In this document: positions 41,501 through 50,688 of the stretch, piece by piece | Layout of the letters: each line of letters opens with the position of its first letter | How positions within the stretch are numbered: the stretch's first letter is position 1 | IMG/VR virus record: IMGVR_UViG_3300032250_000155 | Location: 1-62,724 of that record | Length of the DNA stretch: 62,724 nucleotides | Strand: one strand, 5' to 3' | DNA from: a virus | Taxonomy: Duplodnaviria > Caudoviricetes | Notes under the pieces: generated by a model | Told to the model about the DNA's origin: nothing | The model's input: only the letters and a program-made list of their open reading frames with translations | Databases searched by the model: none | Program-made: the position numbers and the translations under genes

Positions 41501-44500
41501 TAGCATTAAGAGAGTTCGTCCAAAAATATGCTGCTAAAACAGGGAATAAAACTTTAATGGATTTGGCAAATAAGATTGGTGAAGAAACTAATACTACCGA
41601 AAAGTTAGCCCAATTCTTTGAATCCTTCGCTAAATCATTAAGAGAAGGAACAGCTGTTGATATGTCTTATATCAATCAGTTGGATATGAAAGTTGAAAAA
41701 GGCTCTGTCGAACAAATTAGATTACAAAAAGGAGTAGAAGAAGTTCAGAAGAACGCTTCAGAATATAAAAGTAAAGAAAAAATAGCTAAAAGAGCTCCAG
41801 AACCAGTATATGAACTCTATGCCGATGTTTCATCTATGATGGCTAAGGCTTACGCAGATACTCCGACTAATTCTAAAGAAGCAAAAGTCGTAGCAGCTTA
41901 TGATGCACTAGAAAGTGAAACTATACATCAGTATGATTTTATTATATCTAAAGGGCTTAAAGTTGAAAAATATTATGGAGAAGGAGAGCCTTATGAAAAT
42001 TCAACTGCAATGTTGGATGATTTAAGGAACAATAATACTCTTAAATTTTTACCAAATGAAAATGCTTTTGGAGAAGATATAAATAAGGTTTCAGATAATA
42101 GAGGATTGAAGCCAAGTGGAAGATTCTTAGAAGATAATTATGAATTAACAGTTTCTGAAGTATTTAGAGTTGTTCACGATTATTTTGGACACGGAATATT
42201 AGGTAATCAGTTTGGTGCTATTGGCGAAGAGAATGCTACATTACAGCATTTGGATTTATATTCCAATCTTGCAGCTCCAGCTGTTATATTCCAAACTAGA
42301 GGGCAAAACTCTTGGGTTAATTTTAGTGGAGAAAATACTCGTGCCGCAGAATTAAGAAAAGAAGCTAGAAAATTAAGTAAAGAAGGAAAGCAAGAAGAGT
42401 CTAAAAAATTATTGGAAGAGGCAAATAAAATCTTTAAGTTTGCTGAACCGAAAGAAAATATATTCCCAAACAAATTTAATTTCAAACAATATGAGTCAGC
42501 AAGAAGAATCAGCGAACAAGAAAAAATTAACACTAGAGCAACGCCAAGAGATAATGACGTACCCGAATTATTGGCAACATACGTTGGAAGAAGCAGCGGA
42601 ACGAGGGGAATCAATAAAAGAAACATACGAAAATCTCAAAGACTTGGAAGCGTTTATGTAGACGTAATTGCAGAATATACTTTTGATGATAAAATTAACG
42701 AAGGTATAATGAAAGCATTCCCTAGCTTTAAGGGAGTTCAGAAAGTTTATGAAACAAAAGACGCTAAAGCATATAGAGATATGATGATAGCTTCCCTTGA
42801 GAATCATAAATTTGCCGCATCTGTTACCGTTTATTCGGAAGAAGATTTCAGTAAACTTAGAATGTTTATTACAGAGGATGGCTCTACAGGAGTAACATTG
42901 GGGAAGGATGGTTTATTAGGTGGTGCTTTTTCAGACCCTAAATCATCTAAGCCTAATAACTTAGCACAACTTATGGTATTGGGTATAAAAGAAGGAGCAA
43001 CTATTGCAGATGCTTTTGATACTATATTACCTGATTATTATGCTAACTTTGGATTCAAGGCAGTTGCTAGAACAGAATTTAATGATGAATTTAAGCCTAC
43101 GAAAGAAAGTGGTACTTCTGTTGTAGATTGGGATTATGATACATATAAGTCTTTCAATAACGGAAAGCCTGACCTTGTATTTTTTATCTACGATGGAAAT
43201 GATAGAAATACAATAGAAGATAGGCTAGGATTATTTGACATCTATTCTAAATACGAAAAAGCTAACACTCAATTTTTTGCTAAAGAAGAGTATGATTCAG
43301 CTGATATGTATGCTAAGAAGGAGGCTGTAAAAAGATTAGCATTTGAATTAGAAGAAAATGAGTTAGAACCTATTAAGCAACAGTTAACGAATAAGTTAAC
43401 CTCTGGTGAAGAAATTTCAAATGAAATAGAAGAAAAAGTTCACGATGGAAGCTTAAATGAAATAGAATTTATTCCACAAAAAAAGATTCTTTATCACGGT
43501 TCTCCATACAAATTCAATAAATTTAATAATGCTAAAATTGGCACAGGAGAAGGTGCTCAAGCGTATGGGTGGGGAATATATTTAAGTGAAGACCCAGAGG
43601 TTGCTCAATCATATGCTATGAGTAATCAAGGTAATAAGATGAATAGATTAAATTACCTTGATTTTTTAGGAAAGGATTTGCAGAAAAAAGCATACAAAGT
43701 TTTGCAGAATCCAAATACAAAACTTACTGATTGGAAAAGATTTCTTGAAGATAATAAAGGGTTTCTTGGGTTAAATATTTCAAGAACTAATCGTGATAAA
43801 TTATACAATGCTTTTGGTGAAAGAAACTATTATACAGCCGAAGTTACGGGACAAATGGTTAATGACGGAGTGTGGTTTGATTGGCATCGTTCTGGTTATT
43901 ATAATCAGCAATCGGCAACAACGGCATTTAACGGGTTTTTGAGCATACAGAGAGCATTAAGAATGATGCCATATAAAGACCAATACACTAAAGATACATT
44001 AGATGTAATCAATTTTATTTTAAACGAATATAATGGAGGAGGCAGAGGATTACAATTCTTATCGCAAAAAGGGTCAGATGTATATGAATCAATTCAATAT
44101 CGTTTCGCATCTATGCCATATGCTAATAAATCTGGCAACAACTTCTTAGGCACTGCACAGCAAATGACTTCTTGGTTATTGCAACAAGCGGGTGTCGATG
44201 GAATAAGAGTCCCAACATATTATGCTCAAGGAGGTAGAAATGATGGACTAAATAATTATGTAGTATTTGATGCAGAAGCAATTAGAATAAAAAACATAAA
44301 CTCTATTAGGGCACAATTAACAGGCGTTGACAAATCCGTATTGCTTGACCAAGATTTATTAGCTGACTCTAGGAAATCGGTAAAAGACCGCCAAAATAAA
44401 ACATTGGTTCAGTGGTTAAAGAGTAACTACAAGTCTATTTACAAAGGAGCATTTGAAAGAAATATAAACATAAGAAAAGAGCTTGAGAAAGCAGATATGA

Positions 44501-47340
44501 TTTATGCTTTACAAATGATGTACAATAAGGCTGGTGCTTCACAATTTGCTCAACTTAAATTTGCTCAAGCAAGTAATGAAATATATGGCAAACTTTCTAA
44601 AGAAGAAAAAGCTGTATTAGACACTATTATTCAATTAAGGAGAATTATTAAGATTGACGAAAATTTCGACAATCAACGAAGCAAATTCTTGTCAATGATT
44701 GAAAATGTTGATAATCAAATACAAGCCGCACTTGATGTAATAACTAATTCTGAATCTACTGAAGCTCAAATAGCTAAAGCTAAAAGAGATATTATTAATT
44801 ACAAAGAAGAATTAGCTAGACTAAAAAGAAAGGCTCAAAGTAAGATTAGACCTAAGCACGGTAAGTATAAGGGCAACAAACAGCCTAATAAAGAATCCTC
44901 CGAAGCCTCATTGGATAAAATGAAAGGCAGTATTGGAGAAGAGGCTTATGATGAATTAAATAAAAGAGCAGACTTATATTTCAAGACATTTAGTGATTTG
45001 TTGAAATATAAATTTGATAACGGATTGATAAATGAAGCAACATATAATATGTTTAAGGATTACGATTATCAGCCTCGTAACTTCTTAAAATTCTCTTATG
45101 GGCAATTGTATCAGGATGCGGATGGTAATTTCTCTGTAGAAACTCCTATTGATGCCAACTCTTTTATTACTAGAGGTACTATTATTAATGCAGATGAAAT
45201 GAAGAACATTGAATCTGGTGATTCAGATTACCTTGAGGCGGATTCTGCTAAACTATTGCACGCAGCTATGGTTACTGCTGAAATTAGAGTAGCTACAAAT
45301 AATGCTTTAAAAGCATTGGCTGAATCATCTACGTTAGCTAATTACGGTTTTATAAAAGAAGCCGAATACGAAAGATATGCTGACGGGAAGATTAAGGTAG
45401 ATAGGGATGGAGTTCCTAAGTTCATTGCTCCTTCTGATAATACATACAAGAATATGGTATATAAGGTTGACGGCAAGAAATATGCTTTTCAAATAAAAGA
45501 TACCGAAGAGATGCCTTTAGTGGAAGAATTTAATGATGCAAGGTCAGGGGATTTTAAAACTAGTGGATACAAGTTTGTATCTAAGTTACTTCTTAGTAAT
45601 CTAATGAAAGTTATAGCAACAGGTACAAATATTGCCTTCCCTATAACAAATATTCCTATTGACGTTATATCTCAAGTTCACTTAAACGACATCTACACAG
45701 GAACTGTTGGAGAGCAATACGCTCAAGCAATGTCAGGTACGCTGGATATGGCAAAGCAGTTGACTAAGATGAAATTCAACAAAGGGGATAACACTGAAAT
45801 AAGAAATTTATTATATGAATTTGGGCAAGCGGGTGGTTTAATGCAAAGTTTAACTCAAGAATACGCTCCTGATTTCGGAGGTAAAGCGGGGCAAGTAGTT
45901 GATGCTTTAGGTGTATTTGGTAATATTTCCGAATTGGCATCAAAATTAAATGCCTATAAAACTTCAAGAGATATATTATTAGATGAGTATTATGCTAAAA
46001 ATGGTAGAGAGGCACAAGACAAAGATTTATCAAAGATTAAGACGGAAGCGGCATATAAGTCTAGGGCAGCTATGGATTACCATAGAGGGGGAAACTGGGC
46101 TAAATATTTTGACGGATTTGCTCCTTATTTTAACGTAATGCTTCAAGTTGGCAAAATAACGGCTTCTTATATCAAGAATAACCCAATTGAGTTTAGTAAA
46201 AAACTAGCTCAATCAGGAGCATTTGTTATGGCAGTAACAATGTACAATCTTATGGTTGCATCAGATGATTATGATAATGATGATGTACAAAGAGATTTAC
46301 TTAATAACTTAGTTATCTTTAATCCATATAAAAATGAAGACGGAACAAGAGGTTACACAAAAATAGCTGTTCCTTCATTCGTTAAAATGTCTTTAAACTT
46401 TTTCCAAAACTTTGCAGAAAGTTTGTATGCGGAAGAGATTGTTAGAGATAATAAGATGGCTAAGAAGTTTGATGAAAAACATAAGGTTACTAAAAGTATG
46501 ATACCTATGTTAATGCCAAAATTAGGTACAGCAATTCCTCCTGCAATGAAAAGTGTAATAGAATACACTACTAATTACGATTTTTATAAAGGACAACAGA
46601 TTGTTGATAAAGATAGTAGGAATCCTACATCTCCTTTCTTAGAAGGGGTCAAAGATAAGAGTGTTGCTGAATTTTGGAAAGTATTAGCTGCTACAGAAAC
46701 AGGGAAATATTTAGAATTATCTCCTGCTAGATTACAGAAGGCTGCCAACAATATACTTCCTTTAACTAACCCTTATATCTCAATGGGTTACTCTATTGTT
46801 GATAAATCTGTTAATTCAGTAGCTAATCTACCAGAGAATTACCGTTCTAAATTTGATAAGAATGATAGTTGGACTTCTATTCCTGCTTCTATTCCAAATG
46901 CAATAAAGGAGCGTTTTACAGGAGTCACTGACCCTACTAAAAGATTTGTTAATAAAGAATATGAAAGTATCAGAAGAGAGGAGGCAGATAAAATGTTTGA
47001 AATGCACTCTCAAATAAAGGGTATGGTAGAAAATAACGCTTCGATATCTGATATTTTGAAGTATGCTAAAGAACAAGGAAGCGAATACAGGGAGTCTGCT
47101 AAAAGTTACGCAATGAATCTTAGGAAAAGAGAGAAGATTAATTATCGTGTTTATGAGCCAGATTACTTTGCAATGGCATTTGCTCCTAATGCAAAAGCTA
47201 AAGCGGAAATAATGTACGAGTTTGAGCAGAAAAACGATATCCCTAATATGAAGTTATATAGGAGAGACTTAATAAGATTTGGAATATTAACTCCTAATGT
47301 GAATCGTATCTACAAGGAACTTAAAGATAAAGAAAAATGA
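38599..47340 (+). CDS. Giant ejection protein / large polyvalent protein (zincin peptidase, GNAT-like, ADP-ribosyltransferase-like and LPD38-like domains)
   Basis: 2913 aa; G/A-rich membrane segment, GHEVFH...EEF, FRVVHDYFGH, DAFDTILPDYYANFGFKAV, LYHGS...GEGAQAYGWGIYLSE...GVDGI...NYVVFD. Confidence 0.8.
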   Translation: MSKQQAKIIDLSKYDSLIQEDTSSNVETIDLSKYDSVIQPVKKKDVTASSGQEDSTGLFSDIANYFATAKPVHSGLGVSQTNKELESNFQYNPKKQLTQEEALLRKKSLAQRAAIDDVVTSTLLRSTPYDNLLDNFLGKPLASGGLSLVGMATNVLGGAVDFFQNVAVKSYDAVKKGQIGTGYTPEKKATSEEGLGGGIYDFAQNLQNASNSFMRQAKVDRGIKNEDVDKGYSELIQEGKVGDAFTTLGLSVVQQIPQMVALASTGGSAGATFAGATLMGTGSSLGEEYAKDKDIEAKDALVAIGKGVVEGATESIFRTDIAALNKLKSLITTEGKEAVKEEFIRSFGGVIKKALSGAGEEGMEEVIANLGGTIIDSAADDKFDPKRWNDLIQTSIDSFVLGAASGGVMSGMVAKAALTPLTDEQERQIKRYKEVATNDSFSEDIRKAATQKIDDIIKDNANETNSNYRLIADIEDVNKRAEVIKNLNEIKDEESKQRELHDESLVAASNQIIEDKKARVDSIIQENIENIFGRSAEGIKQEQKAARERAANYLDNNNYYLGFTENNAGLLDSINNNEEVDVREANKATASLYDLEASVIADDSLTNQERNYILRDIYARIDSVEGYDKITKNGVALTESEIESNRASNSKVKEERVKRVRNDRFDGELFKFTTEDGIEMSLRASVNEKGDVTMKPIRKSFRYKTETEAKANEGFNIKGNLQVGEIKRNQDGDIISATLTDSKTKKSFRTNNEELVSYLQSVQARESLAKTAKEGYVVDSDIETVAGNDVLSRVTPYTKTRLKNYAASLKSINPNARIVLYKSDADMAKGLIAQGIKPARARKAAKGAMGLQYNNVVHANVSVMDDSTIGHEVFHLAVRDISRVEPAEFVKMVNKLSKMLKSSNNKYLTNFANLYEGEELKAEEFLSELLGVLTAKRLSFKTKNADGDVISVEVDFELKRTLMQKIVLALREFVQKYAAKTGNKTLMDLANKIGEETNTTEKLAQFFESFAKSLREGTAVDMSYINQLDMKVEKGSVEQIRLQKGVEEVQKNASEYKSKEKIAKRAPEPVYELYADVSSMMAKAYADTPTNSKEAKVVAAYDALESETIHQYDFIISKGLKVEKYYGEGEPYENSTAMLDDLRNNNTLKFLPNENAFGEDINKVSDNRGLKPSGRFLEDNYELTVSEVFRVVHDYFGHGILGNQFGAIGEENATLQHLDLYSNLAAPAVIFQTRGQNSWVNFSGENTRAAELRKEARKLSKEGKQEESKKLLEEANKIFKFAEPKENIFPNKFNFKQYESARRISEQEKINTRATPRDNDVPELLATYVGRSSGTRGINKRNIRKSQRLGSVYVDVIAEYTFDDKINEGIMKAFPSFKGVQKVYETKDAKAYRDMMIASLENHKFAASVTVYSEEDFSKLRMFITEDGSTGVTLGKDGLLGGAFSDPKSSKPNNLAQLMVLGIKEGATIADAFDTILPDYYANFGFKAVARTEFNDEFKPTKESGTSVVDWDYDTYKSFNNGKPDLVFFIYDGNDRNTIEDRLGLFDIYSKYEKANTQFFAKEEYDSADMYAKKEAVKRLAFELEENELEPIKQQLTNKLTSGEEISNEIEEKVHDGSLNEIEFIPQKKILYHGSPYKFNKFNNAKIGTGEGAQAYGWGIYLSEDPEVAQSYAMSNQGNKMNRLNYLDFLGKDLQKKAYKVLQNPNTKLTDWKRFLEDNKGFLGLNISRTNRDKLYNAFGERNYYTAEVTGQMVNDGVWFDWHRSGYYNQQSATTAFNGFLSIQRALRMMPYKDQYTKDTLDVINFILNEYNGGGRGLQFLSQKGSDVYESIQYRFASMPYANKSGNNFLGTAQQMTSWLLQQAGVDGIRVPTYYAQGGRNDGLNNYVVFDAEAIRIKNINSIRAQLTGVDKSVLLDQDLLADSRKSVKDRQNKTLVQWLKSNYKSIYKGAFERNINIRKELEKADMIYALQMMYNKAGASQFAQLKFAQASNEIYGKLSKEEKAVLDTIIQLRRIIKIDENFDNQRSKFLSMIENVDNQIQAALDVITNSESTEAQIAKAKRDIINYKEELARLKRKAQSKIRPKHGKYKGNKQPNKESSEASLDKMKGSIGEEAYDELNKRADLYFKTFSDLLKYKFDNGLINEATYNMFKDYDYQPRNFLKFSYGQLYQDADGNFSVETPIDANSFITRGTIINADEMKNIESGDSDYLEADSAKLLHAAMVTAEIRVATNNALKALAESSTLANYGFIKEAEYERYADGKIKVDRDGVPKFIAPSDNTYKNMVYKVDGKKYAFQIKDTEEMPLVEEFNDARSGDFKTSGYKFVSKLLLSNLMKVIATGTNIAFPITNIPIDVISQVHLNDIYTGTVGEQYAQAMSGTLDMAKQLTKMKFNKGDNTEIRNLLYEFGQAGGLMQSLTQEYAPDFGGKAGQVVDALGVFGNISELASKLNAYKTSRDILLDEYYAKNGREAQDKDLSKIKTEAAYKSRAAMDYHRGGNWAKYFDGFAPYFNVMLQVGKITASYIKNNPIEFSKKLAQSGAFVMAVTMYNLMVASDDYDNDDVQRDLLNNLVIFNPYKNEDGTRGYTKIAVPSFVKMSLNFFQNFAESLYAEEIVRDNKMAKKFDEKHKVTKSMIPMLMPKLGTAIPPAMKSVIEYTTNYDFYKGQQIVDKDSRNPTSPFLEGVKDKSVAEFWKVLAATETGKYLELSPARLQKAANNILPLTNPYISMGYSIVDKSVNSVANLPENYRSKFDKNDSWTSIPASIPNAIKERFTGVTDPTKRFVNKEYESIRREEADKMFEMHSQIKGMVENNASISDILKYAKEQGSEYRESAKSYAMNLRKREKINYRVYEPDYFAMAFAPNAKAKAEIMYEFEQKNDIPNMKLYRRDLIRFGILTPNVNRIYKELKDKEK

Positions 47341-47477
47341 TAAAGAAGATAAAAGGAGGCTACAAGTTAGTCTCCAAAACAACTGGAAGAAATTTAGGTA
47401 CTGCCAAAACGAAAGAAGGCATCATTAAAAGAGAAAAACAGGTGAATTATTTTAAGCATCTAAATAAGAAAAAATAG
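47337..47477 (+). CDS. 46-aa basic protein (not in the ORF track)
   Basis: MIKKIKGGYKLVSKTTGRNLGTAKTKEGIIKREKQVNYFKHLNKKK; ATGA overlap with the previous stop. Confidence 0.7.
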   Translation: MIKKIKGGYKLVSKTTGRNLGTAKTKEGIIKREKQVNYFKHLNKKK

Positions 47478-47480
47478 TGT

Positions 47481-47488
47481 TAACTTTG
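47481..47488 (+). promoter_or_regulatory. Bacteroidetes -7 element TAACTTTG
   Basis: TAnnTTTG upstream of ATG 47505. Confidence 0.55.
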
Positions 47489-47504
47489 ATAAAATAATAT
47501 TATT

Positions 47505-47969
47505 ATGGATAGTATAGTTGAATTACAGAAAGCAAAAAGAGCTACCGCATTCGGGGCTTTAATGAATGATTATTCACAGAACTCTTCAGAAAAGGAAGAT
47601 TCAGAGAACCCTCAAGAGGAGTTGTTGTGCGAGATGTTAGAAGCCTCTGCACAAGCAAAGGTTTTCCATTGGCAAACAAGCTCTTTTGCAGAGCATGAGG
47701 CTTTAGGAGAATTTTACGAGGACTTCAATAAGTTAATGGATAGATTTATTGAATCATATCAGGGCTGCTACGGCAGGATTATGATGGGTTGTGACATGGA
47801 AGTCAAGCCATACACAATGGACGCTCCTGTGACATTCCTAGAGGTATTTAAGTCTTATATATCTGGAGATGCAAGAATGTTAGTAATGGGGAATCCTGCT
47901 TTAACAAATATCTTGGATGAGATTAATGGTCTAGTAGACCAAACTATATATCGTTTAACCTTTAAATAA
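47505..47969 (+). CDS. Ferritin/Dps-like four-helix protein (DUF5856-like)
   Basis: FHWQTSSFAEHEALGEFY...DRFIESYQG and NILDEI...TIYRL motifs. Confidence 0.75.
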   Translation: MDSIVELQKAKRATAFGALMNDYSQNSSEKEDSENPQEELLCEMLEASAQAKVFHWQTSSFAEHEALGEFYEDFNKLMDRFIESYQGCYGRIMMGCDMEVKPYTMDAPVTFLEVFKSYISGDARMLVMGNPALTNILDEINGLVDQTIYRLTFK

Positions 47970-47976
47970 TAATAAA

Positions 47977-48090
47977 ATGAAAGCTAAAAAGGGAATGCCA
48001 ATGAAGAGTGATTCAAAGAAGCCTATGCCTGTAATGAAAAAAGGTATGTCTGCAATGAAGAAAGGTATGTCATCTAAAAAGAGTTACTAA
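47977..48090 (+). CDS. 37-aa Lys/Met-rich peptide (not in the ORF track)
   Basis: MKAKKGMPMKSDSKKPMPVMKKGMSAMKKGMSSKKSY. Confidence 0.6.
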   Translation: MKAKKGMPMKSDSKKPMPVMKKGMSAMKKGMSSKKSY

Positions 48091-48091
48091 G

Positions 48092-48238
48092 ATGAAGAGC
48101 GGATTATATAGTAATATTCATGCTAAAAGAGAACGAATTAAAGCTGGTTCTGGTGAAGTAATGAAGAAGGCGGGAGACAAGGGAGCTCCTACTGCAAAAC
48201 AATTTAAGCAAGCAGCTAAGACTGCTAAGAAGAAGTAA
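48092..48238 (+). CDS. 48-aa basic protein (not in the ORF track)
   Basis: MKSGLYSNIHAKRERIKAGSGEVMKKAGDKGAPTAKQFKQAAKTAKKK; TAATG coupling to the next gene. Confidence 0.75.
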   Translation: MKSGLYSNIHAKRERIKAGSGEVMKKAGDKGAPTAKQFKQAAKTAKKK

Positions 48239-48729
48239 TGGCAAACTTGATAGAGTCACAGAAAGCTAAAAAGAAGTCTACTGATAACTTATTCGACGTG
48301 GTTAATAAAATTAAACACTTCGATATGGGAAAGTATATACTTATACTTGGAAGTGATGCTACAGATATATTCAAGTTTTATAAAGTGAAAGAAATGCACG
48401 GGCTAAATTTAAAGGATGCTCAAGCAGAAGAGGTTGATAAAACAGTTGGTAATGGAGTTTATATGTATGGCTTATCAAATTACGACCCATCAGATAAGAA
48501 GTTAACAGCAAAGCCCCCTTACAAGCCATTTGTTTTTTTAAATATGGGTACGTTTAATAAGTATTCACAAAGTGAAAAAGCAACAGCTGTTATGCACGAA
48601 ACAATGCACATAAGTATATTACTTAGAAATTGGAATATAAAAGATAAAGAAGAAGAAGCTATAGGATTTGCAGAAGAGGAGGCGAATAAGATAATAGATA
48701 AATTAAAAAAACTCAACTTTTTTAAATAA
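48238..48729 (+). CDS. Putative zincin-like metallopeptidase
   Basis: VMHETMH (HExxH) with downstream EEE. Confidence 0.6.
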   Translation: MANLIESQKAKKKSTDNLFDVVNKIKHFDMGKYILILGSDATDIFKFYKVKEMHGLNLKDAQAEEVDKTVGNGVYMYGLSNYDPSDKKLTAKPPYKPFVFLNMGTFNKYSQSEKATAVMHETMHISILLRNWNIKDKEEEAIGFAEEEANKIIDKLKKLNFFK

Positions 48730-48730
48730 T

Positions 48731-49021
48731 ATGAAAACGGGAGCTTGGCAACGTAAAGAAGGTAAAAATAAAGAAGGAGGCTTGAACGCTAAAGGTCGAG
48801 CTTCCTATAATGCTGAAACAGGAGGTAATCTAAAAGCTCCCGTTAAGTCAGGAACTAATCCTAGACGTGTTTCTTTTGCAGCAAGATTTTCTGGGATGCA
48901 AGGTGCAATGAAGAAACCTAATGGAGAGCCCACTAGAAAGGCTTTAGCATTAAAAGCTTGGGGTTTTGGCAGTGTAGCTGAAGCTCGTAGTTTCGCTAGT
49001 ACCCATAAGAAAAAGAAATGA
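48731..49021 (+). CDS. Small basic phage protein
   Basis: AWQRKEGKN..GGLNAKGRASY...RRVSFAAR...ALKAW; K/R/G-rich. Confidence 0.75.
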   Translation: MKTGAWQRKEGKNKEGGLNAKGRASYNAETGGNLKAPVKSGTNPRRVSFAARFSGMQGAMKKPNGEPTRKALALKAWGFGSVAEARSFASTHKKKK

Positions 49022-49494
49022 TAGAAAAGGAGTTAGTAAAGTATTGTGCTATATGTGGAAGACAACAGACTTATGTAAGTTTACACAAGTTAAATAGAGC
49101 ATTAAAAAATAAAGCTAACTGTAAATCTTGCACTAGGAAACTTATCGTAAAGGAGAAGAATAAAAACGAACGATATAGGGATATATCATTTAATTGGTTC
49201 TCTATAAAAAAGAAAGCGGCACTAGAAAAGGGGAGAGTATTTGAGTTTGATATAAAGTACATTTGGAGTATTTACGTCAAGCAGAATAAAGTTTGTGCAT
49301 TGTCTGGATTACCACTAGACTTTGATAAAACTTCGGATGTAGCAACAGTTTCAATTGACAGGATTGATAACAAGAAAGGTTATGTTAGAAGAAATATTCA
49401 GCTTCTACATAAAGATGTTAACTTTATGAAATGGGTGTATGACCAAGATTATTTTATTAACCTATGTAAATTAATTGCAAACCATAAAAAATAG
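49018..49494 (+). CDS. HNH-like endonuclease with N-terminal Zn finger
   Basis: CxxC...CxxC; CALSG...SIDRIDNKKGY...NIQL...VNFMK. Confidence 0.75.
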   Translation: MIEKELVKYCAICGRQQTYVSLHKLNRALKNKANCKSCTRKLIVKEKNKNERYRDISFNWFSIKKKAALEKGRVFEFDIKYIWSIYVKQNKVCALSGLPLDFDKTSDVATVSIDRIDNKKGYVRRNIQLLHKDVNFMKWVYDQDYFINLCKLIANHKK

Positions 49495-49767
49495 TTGATA
49501 GTGAAAAGAACAGCGAAATACTACGCATCAAATCCAGAAGCAAAAGCTAAGAAAGATGCCTATAATAAGGAATTTAATAAAAAACCTGAACAGAGGGCTA
49601 AACGTACTGAATTAGTAAAGGTTAATCGCGATAGGGGAACTTACGGAAATGGTGATGGTAAGGATGCTAGTCATACTAGTAAAGGAATTGTAATGAAAAA
49701 AGCCTCTTCCAATAGAGGTTCTCGCACAGATAGTGCAGGAGATAAAAGAGCTAGAGGGGGCAAATAA
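49495..49767 (+). CDS. Small basic protein (minimal HNH-like GDGKDxSH motif)
   Basis: GNGDGKDASH...SSNRG; start codon uncertain (TTG/GTG). Confidence 0.6.
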   Translation: MIVKRTAKYYASNPEAKAKKDAYNKEFNKKPEQRAKRTELVKVNRDRGTYGNGDGKDASHTSKGIVMKKASSNRGSRTDSAGDKRARGGK

Positions 49768-49776
49768 CCCCCTTTC
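49755..49776. terminator. Hairpin at the convergence of the two arms
   Basis: AGGGGG-CAAATAA-CCCCCT where the + and - operons meet. Confidence 0.55.
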
Positions 49777-49779
49777 GCT

Positions 49780-50313
49780 TTAATTCTTAATAAGAGTTGA
49801 TTCATAAATTGCGTGAGCAATTGTCGTTGGATTAAATGGTTTCTCATATAGCCCAACCAAATCTACTGCGGGAATAAAATAAGCCTCAAATTTCTTAGGC
49901 AAGGTTATCATAACTAACGCAACAATATCCTTTTTAGACGGATTATTTACAATTGAATCTTCTGTTGAAAATAGCCAAGACGGCTCTCTACCTTCCTTTG
50001 CCATAAAACTCTTAACATGAATCTGTCTCTCATCAACTGTAATATCAGCAGAGTGAGACTTTCTTTTTGATTCATAAATCATTATATCAGGTGGCGACAC
50101 AACCTTATACATATCATAGGAAAGCATTGTATTAAATACCGCAAATTCAGCCATCTTGCCTATGTAAGACCATTGCTTAATATTAGCTTGATTACTTTCT
50201 CCTTTCATAGCATAAAATCTCTTAGAATAGATTCCGCTATACTTAGAGAACATATCACAAAGTGATTCTTGGTAAGAACTAGGTTCGATTAGATTTACTT
50301 TCTTTAGTTGCAT
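49780..50313 (-). CDS. PD-(D/E)XK restriction-endonuclease-like protein
   Basis: GKMAEFAV...ADI....IHVKS. Confidence 0.55.
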   Translation of the reverse strand: MQLKKVNLIEPSSYQESLCDMFSKYSGIYSKRFYAMKGESNQANIKQWSYIGKMAEFAVFNTMLSYDMYKVVSPPDIMIYESKRKSHSADITVDERQIHVKSFMAKEGREPSWLFSTEDSIVNNPSKKDIVALVMITLPKKFEAYFIPAVDLVGLYEKPFNPTTIAHAIYESTLIKN

Positions 50314-50677
50314 AAGATAATATATGAAAAGTCATTCTGTAATGTTTTTTATTCATATCGCTTCTAGGCTCAATAGTAACCTTTTTGCAATAATTTTTTG
50401 TATCATCGGTAAGGATATTTATATGTCTTAAAAAATCCTCCCCAATTTTTATCATTATTATTGTGTTAGTTGGGTCTAGTCTAGAGTTATACTCTAGTAC
50501 TACCTCATACTTATCAATCATTCTATACTTCCCCGTAAGAAGCCTAGCAAATAAGCAATGAAAATTATCTTTTATCTTATTCCTGACAGTCCAATGCTTA
50601 CCTGCGAAGAATTTATTAAGGCTTACATCAATGTTCTCCCACTCAAATACTATTGTATTCTCCGTTTCATTTACCAT
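50279..50677 (-). CDS. RusA-like Holliday junction resolvase
   Basis: SLNKFF...HW..R; RLDPTN...K..EDFL...LTDD. Confidence 0.6.
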   Translation of the reverse strand: MVNETENTIVFEWENIDVSLNKFFAGKHWTVRNKIKDNFHCLFARLLTGKYRMIDKYEVVLEYNSRLDPTNTIIMIKIGEDFLRHINILTDDTKNYCKKVTIEPRSDMNKKHYRMTFHILSYATKESKSNRT

Positions 50678-50688
50678 ATTATTTCATT

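Noticed and set aside
8607-47340. Stop-codon reassignment as in some crAss-like phages
   Set aside because: Genes are full length in the standard code, TAG and TGA serve as real stops, and no suppressor tRNA was seen
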